IMG/VR virus record: IMGVR_UViG_3300032225_000083
Span: 1 to 34,579 of that record
Origin: a virus
Taxonomy: Duplodnaviria > Caudoviricetes
Direction: 5' to 3' (one strand)
DNA length: 34,579 bases
In this document: positions 27,390 to 34,300 of the stretch, one piece after another
Layout of the letters: each line of letters begins with the position of its first letter
How positions within the stretch are numbered: the stretch's first letter is position 1
Notes under the pieces: generated by a model
Databases searched by the model: none
The model's input: only the letters and a program-made list of their open reading frames with translations
What the model was told of the DNA's origin: nothing
Made by a program: the position numbers and the translations under genes

Positions 27390-27547
27390 TTCTTTTTCGC
27401 TGTTTTTGCAGCGGCCTTAAATGCTTTATCAGTAGGAGCACCCTTACTGCCAGGCTTTTTCATGTGCTCAACTGGCTTGCCTTCAGCCTTTTCACGCTTA
27501 ATACGTTCTTGCTTGGCATGAAGGTTGGCATATAAACCATTTTTCAT
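27386..27547 (-). CDS. Small basic phage protein
   Basis: GLYANLHAK...PGSKGAPT..AF; GGAGG RBS; start ATG 27547. Confidence 0.8.
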   Translation of the reverse strand: MKNGLYANLHAKQERIKREKAEGKPVEHMKKPGSKGAPTDKAFKAAAKTAKKK

Positions 27548-27804
27548 ACTTCCTCCACGATTGCACAAATATCAGCTTCTTGAATAATTTGATAATCCTG
27601 CCCATCAATTGCATGAGTAGGCCAATTCAAATAATCCCCATTACCATATTTTATAAAATCACCAACTTTTGCATCTAAAACTTTAGAGCCAATCGCAACA
27701 ATAGTTCCCTCGTTAAAAGGTTCCTTATTGTTAATAAAAATGATATCACTTATCTTTCTAACTTGCGGTTTGACAACAACTTTGTTTTTTAATGGTTTTA
27801 ACAT
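27544..27804 (-). CDS. groES: GroES-like co-chaperonin
   Basis: LKPLKNKVVV...GTIVAIG...KVGD...IIQEADICAIV. Confidence 0.85.
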   Translation of the reverse strand: MLKPLKNKVVVKPQVRKISDIIFINNKEPFNEGTIVAIGSKVLDAKVGDFIKYGNGDYLNWPTHAIDGQDYQIIQEADICAIVEEV

Positions 27805-27822
27805 TTAATTTGCAAAATGATA

Positions 27823-27857
27823 AAAGCCCTAAAGATGTTTACCATCAAAAGGGCTTT
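27823..27857 (-). terminator. Hairpin / probable terminator
   Basis: AAAGCCCT/AGGGCTTT stem with inner GATG/CATC. Confidence 0.5.
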
Positions 27858-27862
27858 ATTTA

Positions 27863-28105
27863 TTAATAGTCTTTACCGTACTGGCAACGCTCGTGAACAT
27901 ACTGAACGCCGCTGGCATGTTTGCCGCCATCAAACTTGTGTTTGTTGCCCATTTCTGATGCACCACTTGGAACCATGTTTTTATAAACATTGTGGCGGCT
28001 ACCTGCGCGATCAGCTGCGCCAGCATCACCCTTCATAGATGTGTGAGTGCCATAATCCTTGCCATCTTCACGCTTCATAATTTCTTGGCCTTTTGCTTGT
28101 TTCAT
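27863..28105 (-). CDS. Hypothetical protein
   Basis: GGAG RBS; fills operon. Confidence 0.7.
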   Translation of the reverse strand: MKQAKGQEIMKREDGKDYGTHTSMKGDAGAADRAGSRHNVYKNMVPSGASEMGNKHKFDGGKHASGVQYVHERCQYGKDY

Positions 28106-28107
28106 AA

Positions 28108-28467
28108 TTACTCCAAATTTTTAAGTTTGTACAACGTGGAATTAATCAAGTCTGCAATATCATCTATGATATTTTGCAGTTCAGTATCCTGTGGCAGACT
28201 TTCCCGCGCTTCTTCCACAAAGGATTGAATCCCCTCCATATATTCAATAGGCTCTTTAGCCGTATGAAAATCGGAAGGAAATTGGGTAAGGCGTTTGTAT
28301 CGCCCCATATATGATTCGGCAAAATCATCAGTTAAGTCAACAATGCCCTCGTAATATTTTTGTAATGCTTTATGCTTGGAATAACTTGTCGTTGACCAAT
28401 GCATAAAATGCGCTACTGTGCCGCTATGCAACAATGTAGATACAAATTCGGCAACTTCATCATTCAT
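28108..28467 (-). CDS. Ferritin/Dps-like four-helix protein (DUF5856-like)
   Basis: HFMHW....SKHKAL..YY......D.FAE...G; LYKL ending. Confidence 0.8.
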   Translation of the reverse strand: MNDEVAEFVSTLLHSGTVAHFMHWSTTSYSKHKALQKYYEGIVDLTDDFAESYMGRYKRLTQFPSDFHTAKEPIEYMEGIQSFVEEARESLPQDTELQNIIDDIADLINSTLYKLKNLE

Positions 28468-28507
28468 ATTGTCAATCCGACAAAAATATGTAAAAGACCA
28501 CTTTTAT

Positions 28508-28819
28508 CTATGATATATCAACAATGCGACAAACATAACGATTTTTTTCGTTTTTTTCCCAGCCGTGAACTTCAATTCTGATACCAGCTTCCCTGACTTT
28601 TGCCACAGTTTCTGATTCTTGTATTTTCTTAATCCTGGCTGAAACATTGCTGGCAGTAGTAACTTGCACCGCCAAAACTTCGCCACGTTTAATAGCCAAA
28701 ATGTCGCACCAACCCCACAAATCCTGCCTTATTTTTGCAAATGCATTCCAACGCTCAACAACCACAGGGAGATAATCTAACTCTTTTAACGCTTTTAAAC
28801 TGCGTTCAGTTGGTGACAT
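28508..28819 (-). CDS. Small restriction-endonuclease-fold nuclease (resolvase/VRR-NUC-like)
   Basis: DLWGWCDILAI...AVQVT PD-(D/E)XK variant. Confidence 0.65.
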   Translation of the reverse strand: MSPTERSLKALKELDYLPVVVERWNAFAKIRQDLWGWCDILAIKRGEVLAVQVTTASNVSARIKKIQESETVAKVREAGIRIEVHGWEKNEKNRYVCRIVDIS

Positions 28820-29075
28820 TTAGCAGTTCCTTTGTCCAGGCTAAGAGTTCTTCCTCTGTCGTTTGGTAATGCCTTTCAAACGCTTTACGCCCCATTCCGT
28901 GCACACCAATGTTACCGCGATGATGTGCAGGGCACAGACCAATAACAGGGGAGCTATCACGACGACCAGCGCGGCGAATATGATGAATTTCGCAAGGAGT
29001 TCCGTCATATCCATTCTTTTTGCATAGTATGCACCCAAGATCAGCAACTCTGTCGTAATGTTTATTTTTTGCCAT
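28806..29075 (-). CDS. Ref-like / HNH-type Zn nuclease
   Basis: LGCILC...EIHH...LCPAHHRG..GVH; start moved to ATG 29075. Confidence 0.75.
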   Translation of the reverse strand: MAKNKHYDRVADLGCILCKKNGYDGTPCEIHHIRRAGRRDSSPVIGLCPAHHRGNIGVHGMGRKAFERHYQTTEEELLAWTKELLNVTN

Positions 29076-29241
29076 TAAGCTTTTTAGCCATGCAACTACT
29101 ACACAGCCAACGCCTATTCTTTCCGTTTGCAATTATTTTCCAATAACCGCCTTCTGAATTTTTCTCAGTCGTGCAATTGCTACAAAATCTATTACCAGCT
29201 GGGCTTTTTAATGCAGGTTCAAATTCATCAACATTTAACAT
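29062..29241 (-). CDS. 59-aa Zn-ribbon protein (not in ORF track)
   Basis: RFCSNC...GGY...WLCSSC. Confidence 0.7.
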   Translation of the reverse strand: MLNVDEFEPALKSPAGNRFCSNCTTEKNSEGGYWKIIANGKNRRWLCSSCMAKKLNGKK

Positions 29242-29299
29242 TTGGCGTTTACTTTACTTAATTGTTATTATTGTCAAGCACTTACATAAGGAACTTAAA

Positions 29300-29476
29300 A
29301 TGATGCCTGACGATTGCTGCCTTCATTGTAACTTCGCATTATTTGAACAGGATGACATTGGTATTTGTAGGCGTTATCCCCCTAGTGTAATACTTGAAGA
29401 TGAAGATTTATCCTGCACCCACCCACTAATCTTACATGAGGATTGGTGCGGTGAATTTAAACGAAAGGTAAATTAG
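29300..29476 (+). CDS. Small Cys-rich metal-binding protein
   Basis: CLHC...CRRYPP...WCGEF; TAAGGA RBS supports ATG 29300. Confidence 0.75.
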   Translation: MMPDDCCLHCNFALFEQDDIGICRRYPPSVILEDEDLSCTHPLILHEDWCGEFKRKVN

Positions 29477-30439
29477 ATGGCAGCCGCAACTTGTACTGAT
29501 GAAGAATTTATCCAATTATGGAAAGAAACGCAATCCCCCGCAGAAATAGCTAAAATTTTACAAGTTGACTTACGCAATGTTTATCGCCGTAGAGTCACAA
29601 TCGAAAAAAACCATCAAATAGAACTTACAGTAAACACTAAAAAATCACCAACGTTTAACATAACTTATCCAGGTAACGGCGTTCGCGCCACGGTTGAAAT
29701 AGATCATGGAACAATCGTCGTTGCTTCAGATTGCCATTACTGGCCTGGTCATGTAACCACAGCTCACAAAGCATTTGTAAAAGTTATCGAAGCAATATCT
29801 CCTCAAATGATCGTCATGAACGGTGACGTTTTTGACGGTGCATCTATTAGCCGCCACAATCCTAATGGTTGGGCGACAACTCCTACAGTAAAACAAGAAC
29901 TGGACGCTTGCATAGAACGTTTAACAGAAATAGAAAATGTTGCTAAAAACGCTAAACTTCATTGGACCATGGGAAATCATGACATGCGTTTTAATACTCG
30001 CCTAGCATCTCAAGTAGGATCCGCTTGGCAAGGCGTACAAGGTATGAATCTAACAGACCATTTTCCTCGTTGGAAATTTAGCACTTCAATAATGGTTAAC
30101 GAAAATACAATGATTAAACATCGTTGGCATAATGGCATTCACGCCACCTATAATAATATTTTGAAATCTTCTGTGTCGTTTGTTAGTGGGCACTTACACA
30201 GTTTAAAATGCCTTCCTTTCAGTAATTATCATTCGACTTTGTATGGCGTAGATACCGGAACTTTAGCTGGTATTGATGATGAATCGTTTGCATACGCTGA
30301 GGATTCACCTAAAAACTGGCGTTCTGGGTTTGCTGTTTTGACATATGACGAGGGGATACTTTTACCGCCGGAACTATGTCAAGTTTTGGACGAAGCAAAG
30401 GGTAAATGTTATTTCCGTGGATCAGTTTTTTACGTTTAA
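29477..30439 (+). CDS. Calcineurin-like metallophosphoesterase with N-terminal HTH-like segment
   Basis: SDCH, NGDVFD, GNHD, GHLH motifs. Confidence 0.9.
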   Translation: MAAATCTDEEFIQLWKETQSPAEIAKILQVDLRNVYRRRVTIEKNHQIELTVNTKKSPTFNITYPGNGVRATVEIDHGTIVVASDCHYWPGHVTTAHKAFVKVIEAISPQMIVMNGDVFDGASISRHNPNGWATTPTVKQELDACIERLTEIENVAKNAKLHWTMGNHDMRFNTRLASQVGSAWQGVQGMNLTDHFPRWKFSTSIMVNENTMIKHRWHNGIHATYNNILKSSVSFVSGHLHSLKCLPFSNYHSTLYGVDTGTLAGIDDESFAYAEDSPKNWRSGFAVLTYDEGILLPPELCQVLDEAKGKCYFRGSVFYV

Positions 30440-30516
30440 AAAGTCATGCAAATGCCACAAGTTGCAGCTATTATTTGTGGGCAGTTCCCTACAACCTGTT
30501 GCTTGGAGTAAATAAA

Positions 30517-30738
30517 ATGGCAATTATTATTGATTACGAAAACAAACTGATTTACGTTGATGACTCGTTTGAAGTTGTGCAATACGAAGATGAAGATTTT
30601 GATTATGACGAAGATGACGGCACATTCTTTGACGACGAAGGTAACGAATACTGGTACGACGAAGAAGAAGATATCACTTACATCTACGACGAAGAAACAG
30701 ATGACTGGTACGAATGCGATGAAGATGTAGATTGCTAA
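30517..30738 (+). CDS. 73-aa hyper-acidic protein
   Basis: 33/73 residues Asp/Glu; GGAG RBS; terminator follows. Confidence 0.8.
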   Translation: MAIIIDYENKLIYVDDSFEVVQYEDEDFDYDEDDGTFFDDEGNEYWYDEEEDITYIYDEETDDWYECDEDVDC

Positions 30739-30740
30739 AC

Positions 30741-30763
30741 AAAAAGGGGCGAAAGCCCCTTTT
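30741..30763. terminator. Bidirectional intrinsic terminator
   Basis: AAAAAGGGGC-GAAA-GCCCCTTTT between convergent genes. Confidence 0.9.
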
Positions 30764-30973
30764 CTACATATTGTCACGTATTGCTTTTACAGGTATATCA
30801 GTCTTTTCGTGAATTCTAAGTATTACCATCTCAGATACATTAGCACCGTGTCTAATCTTACTTATAGTAGGAATTCCCAAATCAAGAATACGCGCCAGCT
30901 CTCGATCTGTCTTTGCATCTAATTCCCTACGTAAAAAATCAATTAACTTATGATCTAAGTGCGTTTGCCTCAT
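30764..30973 (-). CDS. XRE-like HTH protein
   Basis: TDRELARILDLGIPTISKIRHG. Confidence 0.8.
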   Translation of the reverse strand: MRQTHLDHKLIDFLRRELDAKTDRELARILDLGIPTISKIRHGANVSEMVILRIHEKTDIPVKAIRDNM

Positions 30974-31302
30974 AACGATCCTTTTCTTCTGTTAGCTGAT
31001 AACGTCTGCCATATTTCGGTTATACGAATTTCGTGCTGACGTTTGTTATCTAAAATTTTAAAGTCTTTGTAATTCTGAACCCACTCAGCCACAGCACTTT
31101 CGTACCCAGGGCTGTCTATAGCTTGCGCTTCTCTTTCTGCTACCGTACCACTAGCAAGTAAAAAAGAATGCGCCTTAGCTTGTTTAATGGCTTCTTCGCA
31201 CCGTTTTACCTCGCCAGATAGTTCGGCGTGTTCTTGATCTGTTCTACTTAGATAGATAAGTGCTTTTTCAACCCTCGCATCATTTAGATTTTCTAATTCC
31301 AT
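30970..31302 (-). CDS. Helical/coiled-coil hypothetical protein
   Basis: TVAEREAQA...WQTLSANRR; TAATG coupling at 31302. Confidence 0.75.
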   Translation of the reverse strand: MELENLNDARVEKALIYLSRTDQEHAELSGEVKRCEEAIKQAKAHSFLLASGTVAEREAQAIDSPGYESAVAEWVQNYKDFKILDNKRQHEIRITEIWQTLSANRRKGSL

Positions 31303-31487
31303 TATTTCCAATCCCCCTCATTTCCTCTGTTACCTTTGTTCCATTGTTCACGCGCATCTTTTTCTAATTTATCTGACTTGCGCCATTTTTTTACTTCTTC
31401 AAAATAATCTAACATTGGTTGCCTACCTTTAACCCGCAGTTGTAATACATATCTAACTTCACATTGATGACGGTATTCTTCGCTAAT
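31302..31487 (-). CDS. 61-aa phage protein (DUF7696-like), probable ATT start (not in ORF track)
   Basis: SEEYRHQCEVR...EQWNKGNRG..GDW; fills gap between neighbours. Confidence 0.65.
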   Translation of the reverse strand: MSEEYRHQCEVRYVLQLRVKGRQPMLDYFEEVKKWRKSDKLEKDAREQWNKGNRGNEGDWK

Positions 31488-31489
31488 TT

Positions 31490-32161
31490 TTAAAATAACA
31501 ACTCCTGAGTTTTTACTTTGTAATCTGCATTGTATTTTTTTGTTTCTCCTTTAGGATAATTTTCTTTTTTATAAAGAATTTTTGATTCCAAAAACTTTTT
31601 TTGCGGATTTTTTGCACAAACAAAAATGTACCTATGTTTTCTTGATCTTTCTTTTAAATAAAAATCATCGCCAAACTTTTTCCGCATAAATTCAACACGT
31701 GGCCCTTCACAATTTCTACTTAGGCGAACAATAGTTTGCCCATGCAAATGTTCCATTCCTTTAACTGCATAGTCAGTTCTTTTTGCTGATAACCCAGTAT
31801 AAATAAAATTACAGGCTTGATAGACATAACCAACATGGTTTTGTTCAATGTCTGCATAACTAACTACAATTGAAGGTTTAGGAAGCAATTTCAAACTTTT
31901 AGAAATTAACAAACTGGCACAATTTTTTTTATCTGAATCAATACATAATCTATTTAATTCCAAAACTAAATTGGATAATTCTTTGCCGGCAACTCCATTT
32001 CTTAAAGCTGATGATGATGGCGTCCCATATGTAACAACGCCAATTAATAAGTTTTCATCGTAAAGACCAAAAGCATAAGAAATACTAGGAATTCTTTTTG
32101 CGTAATGTTTATATAAAAGCCATGGTTCAGCCTCTACTTTTTTAATTGGCAAAACTCTCAT
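31490..32161 (-). CDS. Mom-family (GNAT-fold) DNA adenine modification protein
   Basis: KHY, GVVTYGTP, LELNRL, VVSYAD..HVGYVYQACNFIYTG, KHRY. Confidence 0.8.
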   Translation of the reverse strand: MRVLPIKKVEAEPWLLYKHYAKRIPSISYAFGLYDENLLIGVVTYGTPSSSALRNGVAGKELSNLVLELNRLCIDSDKKNCASLLISKSLKLLPKPSIVVSYADIEQNHVGYVYQACNFIYTGLSAKRTDYAVKGMEHLHGQTIVRLSRNCEGPRVEFMRKKFGDDFYLKERSRKHRYIFVCAKNPQKKFLESKILYKKENYPKGETKKYNADYKVKTQELLF

Positions 32162-32220
32162 GCCACCTTCCTTATCTTCTCTGCAATACGTTTATGCCGG
32201 TATTCTTCGCTGCTATTCAT
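32158..32220 (-). other. Chimeric 20-codon mini-ORF / recombination scar
   Basis: MNSSEEYRH + KRIAEKIRKVA; duplicates 31467-31484 and 32777-32794. Confidence 0.8.
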
Positions 32221-32761
32221 AAATTGCTATTGTTTCATTTTGCTTTGGAACAATTAACCCAAAATCATTTATAAATAACGAACTTGTTTGGTATCTATAA
32301 ATATTTACCGTTCTTTTGCTTGATTCTTTCCAGGTATTTTTATGGCTAATACCTTTTCTTTCACCAATTTTTACCCAACCCATTTGTTTCCAGAAAAAGT
32401 TACTTGCTAAATCATCAGCACACCCACAAGCAAAATCTTCTCTACCCACTAAATTACCGTGACTAATAGCGGCAGATAACAATGCTTTGCCTCTTTCAAT
32501 TAATCTTGCATCTTCTTGAATACATATTTGGTTGCACTTAGATACTTTACCGTAACTAAACATTGCAAATCCAACCAAATCATTATTTTCTACGCATACA
32601 AAAATTTTATCGTTGCAAGTTGTACTCCATCTTTTTCCAGTCTTATGACCAGTAATAGCAGCTTCATAGGCAGGGCTTGGTATAAATCCTAACGACAAAC
32701 TTTCTTTCTTAGATAAAGAAATTATGTAAGGTATATCCTCAAGTTTTGCATTTCTAATCAA
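32213..32761 (-). CDS. GNAT-family acetyltransferase
   Basis: IRNAKLEDI, LVGF, QICI..AR...GKALL, SNFFWKQMGW. Confidence 0.85.
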   Translation of the reverse strand: MIRNAKLEDIPYIISLSKKESLSLGFIPSPAYEAAITGHKTGKRWSTTCNDKIFVCVENNDLVGFAMFSYGKVSKCNQICIQEDARLIERGKALLSAAISHGNLVGREDFACGCADDLASNFFWKQMGWVKIGERKGISHKNTWKESSKRTVNIYRYQTSSLFINDFGLIVPKQNETIAIYE

Positions 32762-33123
32762 GCCAATGTCCTAATTTTCTCTGCAATACGTTTACGCAAC
32801 TCGCTAAAGCTTTCGCCTGGTAACGGATTAACGCCAACCTCCCTAGCCTTAGCCATAGTCAGCTGTTCGTCGCTATACCACGGCAGCGCAGGAGGTTTCT
32901 TTTCCTGCATATCAAGTTCATCTTCCCAACGGCCTTGATTTAACCAAGTGCTTGCATGAGGAATGAATTCTGTATCCGTTTCTTTCAACCGCCAGTATTT
33001 AATATGAACTGGCAACGCTTCAAACGCAGCTTCTTGTTCATCTTTAGTCATGCGCTCCCAAATCTTTTGAGCAACACGCTTAGATACTTTTCGCGGATAA
33101 AGTTTCCAGAACTCGTCGAACAT
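32758..33123 (-). CDS. Stand-alone phage replication-protein C-terminal domain
   Basis: FDEFWKLYPRK.....A...W and FIPHASTWLNQGRWEDE motifs; no N-terminal HTH. Confidence 0.75.
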   Translation of the reverse strand: MFDEFWKLYPRKVSKRVAQKIWERMTKDEQEAAFEALPVHIKYWRLKETDTEFIPHASTWLNQGRWEDELDMQEKKPPALPWYSDEQLTMAKAREVGVNPLPGESFSELRKRIAEKIRTLA

Positions 33124-33344
33124 TACTCATCCTCTTTAGGCTGCGTATAGTTTGGCTTGCCACCTGAATATGTTTTTACCCAAGGTTGTGCGGATTCTGC
33201 TGCTTGGCTGTCCGAAATTTGTGTATTCCCTTCGGACGTGCGGATTTCTTCAAAAAACTTATCTCTTAATTCATCCCGCTGCCTTACTATGCAAGCAGGT
33301 CTGTCACAGTAGTATCCGCAGCTATGTATGTCGTAATCGCTCAT
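33123..33344 (-). CDS. Hypothetical protein (His/Cys motif)
   Basis: HSCGYYCDRPAC..QRDELR; GAGGAG RBS. Confidence 0.75.
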   Translation of the reverse strand: MSDYDIHSCGYYCDRPACIVRQRDELRDKFFEEIRTSEGNTQISDSQAAESAQPWVKTYSGGKPNYTQPKEDE

Positions 33345-33541
33345 AACTCCTCGCCATTCTTTTCAGCTTGTTTGTTCATGTTGTGTAATCCTCTTGCGCG
33401 GATAACTTCAATACATACAGGATATGCAGGAGACTGATAATCATCTACATCTTTAATTGCTTTGATACACGCTTCGCGTTCTTCAGCTATAGCTCCATCA
33501 ATAATCAAACGCACCTCTGCTTCTGTGTATTCTTTTTTCAT
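33341..33541 (-). CDS. Hypothetical protein
   Basis: EREAC...C...IRARG motif; GGAGG RBS. Confidence 0.75.
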   Translation of the reverse strand: MKKEYTEAEVRLIIDGAIAEEREACIKAIKDVDDYQSPAYPVCIEVIRARGLHNMNKQAEKNGEEL

Positions 33542-33561
33542 ATTTCCTCCTACGTATCTTA

Positions 33562-33590
33562 TTATTAAGCAATCTTAATATTATCGTCAA
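33562..33590 (-). promoter_or_regulatory. Sigma70-type promoter with overlapping operator
   Basis: TTGACG-17-TAATAA; ATTAA-N6-TTAAT at 33564-33579. Confidence 0.6.
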
Positions 33591-33639
33591 GCATTTTCTA
33601 CAGTTTATTTTTTTTGTTTTAATTTTGGAATAGGACAAG

Positions 33640-34009
33640 ACAATTAGGTGGTACACACCCAATTTAGCCACTTGCTTCAGTAAAGTCGGAAAGTAAAGTC
33701 TTGCAAGCTACTACACCCTAAGGACTACGTTCAATTTCCAGAGCGACAATTTCGGATTGCCTAGCCGCCATACCACCTGTTTTGCTCTGTTCCTGTGATA
33801 CCCGTAGTAAGTTCACGCGCTGTCTTGTCAGTAGGCGCATAGGTTTTATTGGTGGCAGCCCCTACAAGGCTCTCTGCTAACGCGACCAGTACGGTCTAAA
33901 CGCAAAAAAGCCCTTTAGTCTTGGCTCTCATACGTGTAACGGCACGTTCCCATAAAGGTAGAGAACCAAAGCTAAAAGGCTTTGGGTTTGTCAATGCCGT
34001 TACATAGAC
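33640..34009 (-). ncRNA. Putative large structured non-coding RNA
   Basis: No ORF of 60 aa or more; many helices with G-U wobbles on the minus strand; upstream promoter. Confidence 0.65.
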
Positions 34010-34015
34010 GTAGCA

Positions 34016-34044
34016 ACATTAACACAAGTAAAAAAAAGCCTCAA
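34016..34044 (-). promoter_or_regulatory. Promoter for the ncRNA
   Basis: TTGAGG-17-TAATGT with extended -10 TG. Confidence 0.6.
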
Positions 34045-34059
34045 GTACATTCTTGAGGC
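34030..34059 (-). terminator. Intrinsic terminator after the cro-like gene
   Basis: GCCTCAAG-AATGTA-CTTGAGGC followed by T8. Confidence 0.85.
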
Positions 34060-34081
34060 AACCGCCGGAGGAGTCAGCGGA

Positions 34082-34300
34082 TTAAATTTCAGGCCAAATG
34101 TAATACCAATTATCTGGAAATAACATTTTCCTAGTAATTTTGCCTCGCGTTTGTTTTTCTATTTCTGCCGCTATGTAAACGCGCTTGTCAGTTGGTATCC
34201 CATACTTTCGCCACATACATACCGCTGGAGGGCTAATTTTTAGCTCTTTAGCTATAACTGTAGGCCCACCTAATAAATCAATAAGGTCTGAATCTGTCAT
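34082..34300 (-). CDS. Cro/YdaS-like HTH transcriptional regulator
   Basis: LGGPTVIAKELKISPPAVCMWR..GIP...WPE. Confidence 0.85.
   Translation of the reverse strand: MTDSDLIDLLGGPTVIAKELKISPPAVCMWRKYGIPTDKRVYIAAEIEKQTRGKITRKMLFPDNWYYIWPEI

Noticed and set aside
29171-29299. Track N-terminal extension of the Cys-rich ORF
   Set aside because: Overlaps the opposite-strand Zn-ribbon gene and promoter region; strong RBS lies before ATG 29300
30440-30516. Possible hairpin GCCACAA/TTGTGGGC before the acidic gene
   Set aside because: Single weak stem with a large loop; insufficient support
30436-30777. 113-aa hydrophobic minus-strand ORF
   Set aside because: Reverse complement of the Asp/Glu/Tyr codons of the acidic protein, and it crosses a terminator
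33679-33700. AGTAAAGTC direct repeat (x2) as replication iterons
   Set aside because: Only two 9-bp copies, inside a predicted RNA loop; too few for an iteron array
33640-34009. tRNA, tmRNA or group I/II intron as the explanation for the structured region
   Set aside because: No cloverleaf with T-loop/CCA, no interrupted gene, and no intron core motifs recognisable by eye
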